Below are positions 45,529 through 55,505 of a DNA stretch of 64,000 nucleotides, piece after piece. The translations under genes and the position numbers were made by a program. The stretch spans positions 1-64,000 of the IMG/VR virus record IMGVR_UViG_3300033475_000012; one strand, given 5' to 3'. The notes beneath the pieces were generated by a model, which was not told the origin of the DNA, searched no databases, and saw only the letters and a program-made list of their open reading frames with translations. Source of the DNA: a virus. Taxonomy: Duplodnaviria; Caudoviricetes. Every line of letters begins with the position of its first letter. The first letter of the stretch is position 1.

Positions 45529-46995
45529 TTATGCGGCATTGCTGTTACCCCTCCAAATCATGCCCAATTGGGTAGGTTTGTTCAATTCGATACCGAAGGC
45601 ATCCTTGGCGAATACCGATGCGATGCGCTGACCCTGATCACGGAAGTCATACATCCAGCAGCGTTGTTCCCATGCCGGTTCTGCGCCTTCAATTCCCACG
45701 TAGTTCAGTATGGGAACTCGTTCGCCATCGGTGGCGGTATAAGCCCGTGCTGGCCACAGCAATGCGAAGTATTCCAAGATACGACCGTACCGGTAGCTAT
45801 CGAACATATCCATCTGATAGGCCAAGAAGTTGTAGTTAGACCACTTGAAGTTCTTGAACTGGAAGTATTCGAAATCACGCATCCCTTCACCTCCCTCACC
45901 AAACAGTCGGTATTGGTAATCCTGTTTATAGTTCCGGACAATGTTGGCGATGGCTTCGCCCCAATCGATACCGAAATTGAAGTCGTGGATGAGGAAATAG
46001 TCATTGGAACCGTTGATCTTCCGAAGAGACTTGATAATGGAGAATAGCAACGACTTGAACGAACCGCTCAGGAAAGAATCGTAAGCATAGTTGAACAACC
46101 CGTATTGCCGAGTCGTCGGCACTACGCCATTAAATTCCTGATCCAGATCGGCGTCATATTGGTTGAAAAGCGTTTGTACTGTCCGGTTCTGGATAATCCA
46201 GTCTTCCAGTTCCGTCTGAAGTTGCGGAATGTAGAAGTATTCCACCTCCTCCCCACGAGAGTTAAGTCCCTTGGCGATCATGATGTCCTTGTCGTAAACG
46301 TAGTTGTCGATTTCGGACTCATCAACGTCAATACGGGCTTCGTATTTTTGTACGGCACTCTTATACAAGGCCGGGGGGTTCTTTACGATGGCCTGACCTT
46401 GGATTTGGGAAGGCGTATTGTTCAACTGATAGGCCCTCATCGCTGCCATAACCACGGTATATTGACCCCTTTGCGTGAGGTTGAGAACCTGATTGTTGAT
46501 GGGAGTGAAGGTGATGTTGAAAATGCCGGGCGAAACTTCCGTAACCGCCGTGATGTTAACCACTTGCTGGTTAAGCTCTTTGATGAACGCCTTGTACCCT
46601 TCCAGCGGCTTGGCAAAAAGGCCATTTGCCGTAAGGGATGCCCTGCTAATCTGAACGGTAACCGGGAAACCAGCGCCGGGAACGCCAGCCGTAGACTTAT
46701 TTACCGTAAACGAAAATGTCTGGAACTGATCGTACTCGGCCCACCAGAACTTACGAGCTTTCACTGTTTTCTTGTCAGAACCCAACATCTGTTGGAGTTG
46801 AGAGAAAAGTCCCCAAATCCCGGAGTCCGGAAAAGGAAGAGTGGCCGCAATTTTGCCTTGTGCATTGCGTCGAATAGAAGGCTGATAAGCGATCTGCTTC
46901 AGCGGATCATAGAACGTCAACGGGGTTTGTCCTTTGATAACACCATCGATCTGGTACGTTCCTGCTTCAGAGAAAAACTGGTTCTGGTTGGGCAT
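45529..46995 (-). CDS. major capsid protein
   Basis: 488 aa after scaffold and portal; size and synteny match crAss-like MCP; GC-rich biased codons. Confidence 0.75.
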   Translation of the reverse strand: MPNQNQFFSEAGTYQIDGVIKGQTPLTFYDPLKQIAYQPSIRRNAQGKIAATLPFPDSGIWGLFSQLQQMLGSDKKTVKARKFWWAEYDQFQTFSFTVNKSTAGVPGAGFPVTVQISRASLTANGLFAKPLEGYKAFIKELNQQVVNITAVTEVSPGIFNITFTPINNQVLNLTQRGQYTVVMAAMRAYQLNNTPSQIQGQAIVKNPPALYKSAVQKYEARIDVDESEIDNYVYDKDIMIAKGLNSRGEEVEYFYIPQLQTELEDWIIQNRTVQTLFNQYDADLDQEFNGVVPTTRQYGLFNYAYDSFLSGSFKSLLFSIIKSLRKINGSNDYFLIHDFNFGIDWGEAIANIVRNYKQDYQYRLFGEGGEGMRDFEYFQFKNFKWSNYNFLAYQMDMFDSYRYGRILEYFALLWPARAYTATDGERVPILNYVGIEGAEPAWEQRCWMYDFRDQGQRIASVFAKDAFGIELNKPTQLGMIWRGNSNAA

Positions 46996-47007
46996 TTGAT
47001 TTCAGTT

Positions 47008-48042
47008 TTATTTCGCGTATCGCGCCCTTGCGGCCGCAATTTTTTCATTTGATTTTTCTAGACTTAACACGTTGTTTCCATCCTTTCCAGGGGCCTGACC
47101 TTTGATAACAGAAAAAGGCTGTTCGGATCCTACATTAGAACCTTTTACAACCCCTCTTCCCTTACCCAATTCGAAGGCTTTGCCTACAATTTGATCATGG
47201 TATTTTTCCCGGAGGTATCCGTTGATCTTCTTGGAAATTCCGGCCTCCACTTTCGAAAGGTCTTTTTCTCCGTTCTCATAGGCGGCATAGGTCTTGGCAG
47301 TGCGAAAATGCTCGGAAAGCTCTTCCCGATCTTTTTTCGACAATTCCACCTCAACTTGAATTTCTTCTTCACCGTCTTTTACTTTGGAAACGGATAGTTT
47401 ATCCGGAGTGCATTTTTCAATCAGTGTGTCAACGAATTTGTTGAAGTCGGGTATCTTTCCCAACATGGCCTTTTCCCGATTATAGGCGGCCTCAGCACTT
47501 TGATATTTGGATGTCAACGGGGATCGCAACTCTTCGGCTTCTTTCTTCAGCCGGGCCTCGCCTCTGGCCTTCTGAGCAGCATTTTCGCTGTTTAGCCGGA
47601 ACTCATTTTCGAAGTCGGACTTTGCCTGGGACTGAATTTCTTCGGCATCGGTCACTTCCGGATTGTCTTCCCGCCACTCTTTCAGATAGGATTCAAACCT
47701 AAGGTCGCGATCCGACTTGTTTTTTAAAGACTCGTAGGAATTAAAATCTTCCACTTTCATCAATCCCTTTTCAGCGGCATATTTGATGAAAGTGGCCTTA
47801 TTGACCTGAGCCTCTTTTTCCTTTTGCTCGGCAGGGATGGCGTTCTCCTTGTGAGATTGGAGAATGGTTCTAAGCTGATCCCGGTCTATTCCGTAGTTTT
47901 TCAACTCTTCTGCGGTGATGATGCTTTCGGGAACATCTACAGGCGCGGCAGATGCGGCAGCAGCACCAGCATTCGGTTCTGCACCACCAGCGCCTCCGGC
48001 CCCCTCAGCCCCATCTTCGAAAAAGAATCTTGGAATAAACAT
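47008..48042 (-). CDS. capsid scaffolding protein
   Basis: N-terminal MFIPRFFFEDGAEGAGG leader; acidic coiled coil; directly upstream of MCP. Confidence 0.65.
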   Translation of the reverse strand: MFIPRFFFEDGAEGAGGAGGAEPNAGAAAASAAPVDVPESIITAEELKNYGIDRDQLRTILQSHKENAIPAEQKEKEAQVNKATFIKYAAEKGLMKVEDFNSYESLKNKSDRDLRFESYLKEWREDNPEVTDAEEIQSQAKSDFENEFRLNSENAAQKARGEARLKKEAEELRSPLTSKYQSAEAAYNREKAMLGKIPDFNKFVDTLIEKCTPDKLSVSKVKDGEEEIQVEVELSKKDREELSEHFRTAKTYAAYENGEKDLSKVEAGISKKINGYLREKYHDQIVGKAFELGKGRGVVKGSNVGSEQPFSVIKGQAPGKDGNNVLSLEKSNEKIAAARARYAK

Positions 48043-48083
48043 CGTAAAGAATTGAGATATTGGGGGTAAAGTAAAATCAATTC

Positions 48084-48114
48084 TTTAAGACTTATTATTT
48101 TTTTGTTAGATTTG
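48084..48114 (+). promoter_or_regulatory. Bacteroidota sigma70-type promoter for the antisense two-gene island
   Basis: TTTA-N19-TAGATTTG (perfect TAnnTTTG at 48107-48114), 29 nt before ATG 48144. Confidence 0.6.
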
Positions 48115-48143
48115 GGGGACAAACATTAACCCAAACAACATCC

Positions 48144-48404
48144 ATGTCCGAAAAAGGCAATCCGATATTGGACACCTATAAAGGCCATCCCATAAGGAAA
48201 TACAATAAAATTTACATCCGAGTGACGCCATCCGAGATGCGGCAATTTATCGACGCCAGGGAAGAACTTGGAATTTCATCCAGACGTCTGGTGGAAATGT
48301 GTGCAGGTAAGACGGCCGAATGCCGGGGAATTGAAATAACCGTCTGGAATAAGAAGAAAAATAAAAGCATCACTTTAACCCGTGGATTCCTATGCAGAAA
48401 ATAG
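48144..48404 (+). CDS. small DNA-binding protein (RHH-like)
   Basis: 'KIYIRVTPSEMRQF...LGISSRRLVEM'. Confidence 0.55.
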   Translation: MSEKGNPILDTYKGHPIRKYNKIYIRVTPSEMRQFIDAREELGISSRRLVEMCAGKTAECRGIEITVWNKKKNKSITLTRGFLCRK

Positions 48405-49108
48405 CCTTGGCGTCAAAAATGTCGAAAGACCTAGAAAAAAACTGGCTTTCAGAAATAGAAGAGGTTAATCTTCACAACATATTTTCTCCCATATATAGAC
48501 TCAATCACAGCATATCGGTTTGCAATGCTATTGTAGTTTACATCATTCACGCCTACACGAACGAATCTCCTTGGTTGAATTTAAAACAAGACAGATGGGA
48601 TAACAAGGTTAAAATACTTTCCAGATTGGTTGAGGATATAAAGAAACCAATCTTCGACCGACTATTAAAAAACGATGATGAAGAAATAAACGAAGTTATA
48701 GCATCTTATCTGGAAGATCAGGCTACATGGAAATTCCGATCCGTTGTGGATCACCTCGAATACCATTCCCGAACCATGCGTTTTGTTAGGCAGAAAACAG
48801 ACTCCGAAAAAAAAGAGGACGTCATGGGAAAGGACGGAAAGGAAACCCTGACTATTGAAGTGAATCAGGACTTGGTAGGTAAAATTAATATACAAAAAGG
48901 TCAACTACTCGAAAAGGCAACCGAAGCGAGAGAAAAGGCAGACAAACTTATTGAAGAATTAAATAAAGAATTTGTTATGCTTAACCATGTTGTACTGTCC
49001 GATTTTAATTTCAACATACTTGACGAAAAGAAAATCGATCCTTATTCTTGGTCACAATGGATAAGACACCGGGTTTTGCCAGCAAAACAAAAACAGAAAA
49101 GTCAATAG
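48392..49108 (+). CDS. helical protein; possible crAss-type terminase small subunit
   Basis: Helical with C-terminal coiled coil; recalled resemblance to the conserved protein upstream of TerL in crAss-like phages (unverified). Confidence 0.4.
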   Translation: MQKIALASKMSKDLEKNWLSEIEEVNLHNIFSPIYRLNHSISVCNAIVVYIIHAYTNESPWLNLKQDRWDNKVKILSRLVEDIKKPIFDRLLKNDDEEINEVIASYLEDQATWKFRSVVDHLEYHSRTMRFVRQKTDSEKKEDVMGKDGKETLTIEVNQDLVGKINIQKGQLLEKATEAREKADKLIEELNKEFVMLNHVVLSDFNFNILDEKKIDPYSWSQWIRHRVLPAKQKQKSQ

Positions 49109-51634
49109 CTATTTTTGCTCAGGGCTTAATGCCTGGAATGTCTCATCCCCTCTTTGTAATTGATGTTTTTGATCTTCTTGCGTTAGTTTATTGTTTAATA
49201 ACTGCTGTTTTTGATCGGCCATAGTGCTTGCTTTTCCTTTATTGAGAGCATCATTTACAGCCATGTCAACACGACCTTGATTTTGAATATTGGAATTTTT
49301 ACCATCAGCTTTCGACTTATTGAGCGCCATTGCTATCTGCAAGTCCATTTGCTTCATCTGCTTTTCACGCTCGAATTGTAATTGCTCTTTATGCACAATT
49401 TCCTCTTGCTGTTTCTTAGCGGCTATCATTAGTAAACAATAGGCATATTTCCAATTTATCCTACTTTGATTGATAACGAGCCCGACTGCATCCCTAGAAA
49501 CTTGATTTTCATCGGCCATTTTATTAGCCAATTCGAATAGATATTTTTCATAAAACGAGACGTCTTCTAGCGAAACTGTCATCCCAATAGTTTCCGGATC
49601 GAGTTCTTCTATACTTTCCAACAGCCAGCTATTCGCTAAGCCAATCACATTTTGAATCTCGTTCCACCTATCCGAGTACCCATACTTTTTATGTTCTTTA
49701 ACAACTGTAATAAGCCATTGTATCGTTCGCTGTCCGAACATTATCTGCAACTCTCGGATAGGCTTTTCCATAAACCACATGCCATCGCTGCTGGCGGCTA
49801 GTGTTGCTTGAATCCCGGCTTCCGGAACGTGAGATTTACCAGATTGCCCTTCCGTCATAGAATTTTGGGAAAGGGACATTTGCATTAGATTGTATTGCTC
49901 TATAATGAGCTTTATATATCTTTCTGCTTTGGCGATATGACCGGAGTCTACGGGTACGAATAACTTAGAAGGATCAGCAACATACTCTCCGGTTTTTGAA
50001 TCTCTAAAGTCAAGGAAAACGAGATTACCCTGCTTAATCATCTTCATAGATTCTACTGAAGCATCTTTGCCGTTTCCACCAGTTGGATAAGCCGGATCAC
50101 CGGGATCTCGTTTATTGGTTTCATCGACAGCCTTCAGAACGGCTCCCAAAAAATCTTTGGCGATGCCCAAGGCTTGTGTATCCTGAATGAGACAGTTTTC
50201 GAACTTGTGCCATGTGCTCCTGATTTTGGGCATGAAGGCTTCTTTAATATCGGTATAAGACATCCGGGTATCGTCTTTGTAGATAACCAATGTTGATTTA
50301 GCATACCGGAAGTCCACTCCGTACCGATACATATCAATATCCTTTTTGATGTTGAAAATGTATTGAGACTGCCAGAGCCAGTCGGTCATCTGGTTACGTG
50401 CTTGCCGGTCGCCGGGAGGTGGAATGTAATAGCAGCTATACCATGTGTTGTAAATCTTTTGTCGTTTTGACCCTTCGCCATCCTTGTTATTTTCTTCGGG
50501 AATCCAAGACGGTGGTTTACGCTGCCAGATGGGGAGTCTATTTTGGGTGAAGTCTTCAGAGAACGAGTCGGCATCTTGAGTAAGGATACTGAAAATTCCC
50601 ACCATGATAGTGGTATTGCTTCCCTTGAAACTCTTTGCCTTGGAATAGCTCATGCCATGACGGGTGCCGCTGTATCGGTTCAGTTCGAACACCTCTTTCA
50701 ATTGCTCATCCGTCATGGTCGTTCCGAACTGCCGGACAAACTCAGCAAAGGTTATAGAATATTCATAGTGCCACATCGTAATATCCTCTCCATTGTTCCG
50801 TTTGAAAGGACTCGTGAAAAGACGGTCTGGTTCCAGATATTCTACTTGGTGACGGCCATTGGTTTCATCCGTATAAGATCGACCGCAATATTTGTTAAAA
50901 TGCTTATAGTCGTCCGTAAACCATTCCCCGATTATCGGCCATTTATTTAAGTCAATGAGGTAATGCTGGATGCCCATTTCAAAAGCCCGTTCTACGTCAC
51001 CCTTGTATACATAGGCATCATATAATTGAAGGTCTTGGTTGTCTTTTATCTGGCTACGGATATAGTCTAAGGTCTTGTCAATTCCGGAAGTTACTTTGGC
51101 CGCATCCTCTCCATCTAAACTACGGATATATTCTTCCAAATTTTCACTGTCCTTTATTTTCGGTAGGCCAATAGTCTGATTAATGTCGTTGATTAGGTTT
51201 CGGAACTCACGCTGGTAGATAATCCGCTGCCGGTCACGCTGTTTTTGGCTAAGAGCAAACTTATCAATCTCGTTTACCTGTAATTTATTTTGAAGGCATA
51301 TTTTATCTAACCGGGCACGAACGATATTGTCAATGTGTATATCTACCGGGCAGGTTTGGAAAGAAGAGGAAAAGTATTCCGCTTTACCGCCGCCGCCCAT
51401 AGGAGTGGGCGGATCAATCATGTCGATGTACTCCTGCTTATTTAACTCGCCTCGTTCTAATTGACGGTATATCTTCTTTCGCTTTGGATCAAGGAATACG
51501 ACGGAGTTTTGCTTCGAGTAGAAGATAGCCTGTCCAAGCCACAGCGAATTTTTCGCCTCGGGAGGAAAGAAATTTAAGTAGTCGTAATAGAGAGTATTAT
51601 CAGCAATTGGCGGCAGAGTCTTCTTTCTTGCCAT
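49109..51634 (-). CDS. portal protein
   Basis: 841 aa between TerL and scaffold/MCP; Gln-rich coiled-coil C-terminal barrel. Confidence 0.8.
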   Translation of the reverse strand: MARKKTLPPIADNTLYYDYLNFFPPEAKNSLWLGQAIFYSKQNSVVFLDPKRKKIYRQLERGELNKQEYIDMIDPPTPMGGGGKAEYFSSSFQTCPVDIHIDNIVRARLDKICLQNKLQVNEIDKFALSQKQRDRQRIIYQREFRNLINDINQTIGLPKIKDSENLEEYIRSLDGEDAAKVTSGIDKTLDYIRSQIKDNQDLQLYDAYVYKGDVERAFEMGIQHYLIDLNKWPIIGEWFTDDYKHFNKYCGRSYTDETNGRHQVEYLEPDRLFTSPFKRNNGEDITMWHYEYSITFAEFVRQFGTTMTDEQLKEVFELNRYSGTRHGMSYSKAKSFKGSNTTIMVGIFSILTQDADSFSEDFTQNRLPIWQRKPPSWIPEENNKDGEGSKRQKIYNTWYSCYYIPPPGDRQARNQMTDWLWQSQYIFNIKKDIDMYRYGVDFRYAKSTLVIYKDDTRMSYTDIKEAFMPKIRSTWHKFENCLIQDTQALGIAKDFLGAVLKAVDETNKRDPGDPAYPTGGNGKDASVESMKMIKQGNLVFLDFRDSKTGEYVADPSKLFVPVDSGHIAKAERYIKLIIEQYNLMQMSLSQNSMTEGQSGKSHVPEAGIQATLAASSDGMWFMEKPIRELQIMFGQRTIQWLITVVKEHKKYGYSDRWNEIQNVIGLANSWLLESIEELDPETIGMTVSLEDVSFYEKYLFELANKMADENQVSRDAVGLVINQSRINWKYAYCLLMIAAKKQQEEIVHKEQLQFEREKQMKQMDLQIAMALNKSKADGKNSNIQNQGRVDMAVNDALNKGKASTMADQKQQLLNNKLTQEDQKHQLQRGDETFQALSPEQK

Positions 51635-51664
51635 CTTTTTTTATATAAATGTAGTAATTTTTGT

Positions 51665-52735
51665 TTATTCCGTATTTTTTACCGTAATTATGTCAATGTC
51701 GTTCATGCAGTGAATCTTTCTTCCTTCTATGACTACATCGAAAATATCGAAATCATCGACGACGACAGTATCACCCGTTTTTGCTCCAACTTTTTCTTCC
51801 GATTCCTTGGATATTGCTAGTATCTTCCGTTCGAAAATCTTCAACGTTTCGCTATATAAAATGCCACCAGCAGACACACGTTGTACGGTATTTGATTCAT
51901 GGACAAGGAATACATAGGGGTCAAAGCTGATCACTTCATTGTCCCGAACAACTCCGTATACTGAGGTTAATGTTTCGTAGTCTCCCTGAACGGAAACCAA
52001 CATATCTTTTGGGCATAGTCGTTGTCCGAATGATTGTTTTGTAGGGTTTTCTTCGGTAGACCTATTGGCTCTGACCCATTCGTCTTGCCCGACATAACTC
52101 GTTACAGCCACAACGGTAACCAATTTATCTTCTCCATCATAACCAACGATGATTGTTTCGTCGTTGTCCACCAGATAATCCAAAATAGCGACATCTCCCA
52201 CTTGTGCGTGATGAATGTTTTCTCCGACGAATACAACTTCCCCAGTAGACACAAACCTAGCATTATGATCGGTATCATCGCTCGTTGTGGGATTATACAT
52301 GAAAAGATCGGTTACTGTTCCGTCATCACGGATAATCTTTTTGGTAAATAAAGACTCCCTCGCCTCTTTACTTATCTTCACAATAACGTGGTTGGGATGG
52401 CAAATCAACTTACCCTCGACTTCTTTACAAAGAACGTCATCTTCAGTAACCATTACACAATCCATCCCATCGTACACGAATTTCTTTTGTTCTGTGTTCT
52501 TTTTGTATATAACCGCATCGCCTTCTTTAAAGAACGAGCATTTTTTACCAGAGGCCAATATCTTTCCCCGGTTCTGCTTTTTCTTGTACAAAATATCTGA
52601 AGCTAAAACTTCATCTTGCCCCCACTGATAAAGATTAAAATTACTTCTCAATACCACTAGCCCTGAAGGTCTTTGCTCTTCAGTAACTATATCTTCTACT
52701 GCTATTAACACTAAATTTCTGAGTGGTTGAAACAT
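51665..52735 (-). CDS. groES: tandem triple GroES/Cpn10-like co-chaperonin fusion
   Basis: Unit 1 'PLRNLVLI..SGLVV..GKILASG..GDAVIY..EDDVL'; unit 2 'HPNHVIVK..GEVVFVG..VGDVAIL'; unit 3 'FDPYVFL..GGIL..GDTVVV..DIDII'. Confidence 0.75.
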   Translation of the reverse strand: MFQPLRNLVLIAVEDIVTEEQRPSGLVVLRSNFNLYQWGQDEVLASDILYKKKQNRGKILASGKKCSFFKEGDAVIYKKNTEQKKFVYDGMDCVMVTEDDVLCKEVEGKLICHPNHVIVKISKEARESLFTKKIIRDDGTVTDLFMYNPTTSDDTDHNARFVSTGEVVFVGENIHHAQVGDVAILDYLVDNDETIIVGYDGEDKLVTVVAVTSYVGQDEWVRANRSTEENPTKQSFGQRLCPKDMLVSVQGDYETLTSVYGVVRDNEVISFDPYVFLVHESNTVQRVSAGGILYSETLKIFERKILAISKESEEKVGAKTGDTVVVDDFDIFDVVIEGRKIHCMNDIDIITVKNTE

Positions 52736-52745
52736 AAAAATTATT

Positions 52746-54779
52746 TTAACGTCTTGGTGGAGTTATTTCCCATATTCTTGCCATGTAACTTCTAACATGG
52801 TCGTCTGTCACGTTTGTTCGCTTGGCTTGTTTCAACGCATATTCAAGCATAATTTCAGACATCGTTACGTCAAATGCTGTTGTATTTGCCATGTCAAAGT
52901 TCTCCAAATCAATTAGGCCGTCTTCAAAAGGATAACAGGCAATATGATCTTTTTCATCAATGGTTTTGGGAGCCCGGTATCTTGTCTGTAGCATCTCCAC
53001 TCCATTCTTTACTATCTTACCAGTACTATCAGTCCATATACCACACCCTCCATCTTTTTCATTATTCATTAGGAATCTTCCCATCCCTACCTCTTCAAAC
53101 ATTTCTTTTACACTTTCCACTTGCCGTTCGTGCATTAATGAACAACCAAAAAACTTACATGCTTTAGTCGCCTCTCGATGCACATCTTTAGGGTCGTCCA
53201 TACGACCAAGAAATAGAGCGGCCTTTTCATCCTCCAAGAAATCTTCACTATCTGGCTTGTTAAAATAATCAAATCTTTTATGAATGATGATAGATGCTCT
53301 TGAAAAGTTAGAACTTTTTATATCTTCTTTTCGATATCGCACAGGGTCATACCCTCCATAAAACTCAGGATTGATAGGCGGAATGACTTGGCCATTATCG
53401 GTTACAAAGAACCGATTGCTGGCATCTATTTTACGGTCAATAGAAATAAAAGGAAGCAACGAAATTAGCCATAAGCCAGACGGATCTTGTTCGAAGACGA
53501 TGCGCCCAGATGACCCCTCATTCAATACGCCCCTTACATATGGCTTATCGTCGTATGCCTTGCCCTCTAATTCTTTTCTTCTAGAAACCAACCGTATTTT
53601 GTCGAAATACGACGCTTCTGACGCGCTAATAAGGGCCTCATCCTCAGTCAATGGCAATTTTCTTTTCTCGTAGTAATATTCCTTTGTTCCCTTTGTTTTT
53701 TTATTAATCTCGTTTTCTATCCACTCTTCGTTTCTAGCTTCATCAATTTCTCCGTATTTGTCTGGCAATAACTCAATGGGCAGGTATTGGCTCCATAGGC
53801 TACTAACAAATCGTTTCACAAAACCGCTAATCGTTGTTTTCTTCCCTGGCAACAAGGAAGATTCCCCAGCCATCTTTATCCACTCTTTCGTAGATTGTAT
53901 AACTGAATCCGAGTCGCCGGTAGTGGACAGAGCAGACAGTTTACCGCGACGGCCGGCATTACGAATAGTCTTTCTGTTTACCTCGATGGTCTGCCGGGGA
54001 TTGGCATCAGTAGGATGTTTAGAAACCTCATCAACAGTTACCTTCATCTTTTCGGTTCCGTCCATCGCTTTTTCCTCAGTAGGATATACATAGACCCGGC
54101 CGCCGAGCCAAGGTTCGCCCTCCGAGTCATCTTTGTTATTGACTAATTCTAGCGAATTACGCGGGCGCTTCCCATTACTCTTATAGTAATTCTCCCGCAT
54201 CCAAAAAGGACGACTGAAATAGGCTTCGAGAAGGGGGAACAGAAGGGTCTTTTTAGCCTTGTCCATTGTGTCGGACTGAAGGCCGATATTGTTATTGAAG
54301 TCAGAAAGGAGTACGTAAATATTCTCCGTTGTCTCTTCCGTGCTCATCCCATAGCGTCGCGGCTTGATCCACATCGGGCCATCTATCTCGTCTTGTTCTG
54401 GCTGCCAATACCAATCTCGAAAGTAAAAATCCTCTCTTTGTGAACGATTATGCCGGAGAAAGCGGTTGTTGTATTTATTGAAAACCAAATGATCAACATT
54501 CATCCCTGTGAGATAAGTTGGGACTCCGTTATTCATAAAATACATACCATTCAGCCACCGATAGCGCCATTTTTCTATGTATTCAATCCTGTCTTTCTCC
54601 GACATCCGACGAACATCTCTAATGTCTAACTCGAAAGTAAGATCGGCAGGCGTCCGCCAATACTGATCCTCTTTTTTTAGATTATAATACAAAATCTCCC
54701 GCTCCGGAGGAAGGGGCGGGAGTTTATATATAATTCCCTGCTTGGCATCAAGAGTTATTATCTGACCCATCCTCAACAA
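52746..54779 (-). CDS. terL: terminase large subunit
   Basis: Walker A-like 'KPRRYGMST', Walker B 'KVTVDEVSK', 'LSTTG' coupling motif, nuclease 'GGYDPV'. Confidence 0.9.
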   Translation of the reverse strand: MLRMGQIITLDAKQGIIYKLPPLPPEREILYYNLKKEDQYWRTPADLTFELDIRDVRRMSEKDRIEYIEKWRYRWLNGMYFMNNGVPTYLTGMNVDHLVFNKYNNRFLRHNRSQREDFYFRDWYWQPEQDEIDGPMWIKPRRYGMSTEETTENIYVLLSDFNNNIGLQSDTMDKAKKTLLFPLLEAYFSRPFWMRENYYKSNGKRPRNSLELVNNKDDSEGEPWLGGRVYVYPTEEKAMDGTEKMKVTVDEVSKHPTDANPRQTIEVNRKTIRNAGRRGKLSALSTTGDSDSVIQSTKEWIKMAGESSLLPGKKTTISGFVKRFVSSLWSQYLPIELLPDKYGEIDEARNEEWIENEINKKTKGTKEYYYEKRKLPLTEDEALISASEASYFDKIRLVSRRKELEGKAYDDKPYVRGVLNEGSSGRIVFEQDPSGLWLISLLPFISIDRKIDASNRFFVTDNGQVIPPINPEFYGGYDPVRYRKEDIKSSNFSRASIIIHKRFDYFNKPDSEDFLEDEKAALFLGRMDDPKDVHREATKACKFFGCSLMHERQVESVKEMFEEVGMGRFLMNNEKDGGCGIWTDSTGKIVKNGVEMLQTRYRAPKTIDEKDHIACYPFEDGLIDLENFDMANTTAFDVTMSEIMLEYALKQAKRTNVTDDHVRSYMARIWEITPPRR

Positions 54780-55410
54780 ATTTAAAGGAATAGCCGCCTG
54801 TATGATGCCTCACTCCATAGCAGACTTTACTTATATTTTGAAAACTCAAATTTAGTTCTCTTCCAGCCTCAGCAACCGACCCATACATAATTCCATTTGT
54901 AATACATAACACTTTTTTAGAACAAGGGCTTTGGTCTCCCGTCTTGCCCTTTCCGGGATGCCGTCGGCCAAGAACTCGCCAAGCATGTAAATGTTGTTCG
55001 CGGTGAGTGTTCCATTCAAGTTGAGAGGCCCTATTATCCCATTTTATACCCCATTTATGATTGACCGTTCTTTTTTTTAAAGGATTGGGTATAAAATGAA
55101 GTCCCACAAGAATTTGAACATATTTCAATGACGTTTTACCCTCTCGATTTAGGCCCACACAAAGATAGCCCCGTTCATCTCTTGGGCGAGGAGGGAGAAT
55201 TGTTTCTTTTATTTTTTGATAAGACCTCCCATTCCATTTTTCCCTCTCCAAAGACTTAATCCGACCCATATTACTTACCTCATATACTCCTTCATAGCCG
55301 GCAATTGGCCTCCATATTTCGCCTTCAAGGTCAAAAAGAGAAAAATTTTTATAATGTTCTGGTATTCCTTCTTTTATGGTAGATATAGCGTATTCTTGAC
55401 TCATTTTCAC
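54748..55410 (-). CDS. NUMOD4-HNH homing endonuclease
   Basis: 'EIWRPIAGYEGVYEVSNMGRIKS', 'VNHKWGIKWDNRASQLEW'. Confidence 0.9.
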   Translation of the reverse strand: MKMSQEYAISTIKEGIPEHYKNFSLFDLEGEIWRPIAGYEGVYEVSNMGRIKSLEREKWNGRSYQKIKETILPPRPRDERGYLCVGLNREGKTSLKYVQILVGLHFIPNPLKKRTVNHKWGIKWDNRASQLEWNTHREQHLHAWRVLGRRHPGKGKTGDQSPCSKKVLCITNGIMYGSVAEAGRELNLSFQNISKVCYGVRHHTGGYSFKFVEDGSDNNS

Positions 55411-55505
55411 TTTTTAGTCATTCAGGCTCCAAATATGCGCATTTTTTGTGATTATGCGTATGCGTATTAGTAAAAATCGTGCGCATCAAAAGGGCCCCGA
55501 AATAT

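Noticed and set aside
43853-47052. Long + strand ORFs (43878, 44754, 45313, 46105) as overlapping genes
   Set aside because: They are antisense shadows of GC-rich head genes, with atypical composition and no promoter or start context.
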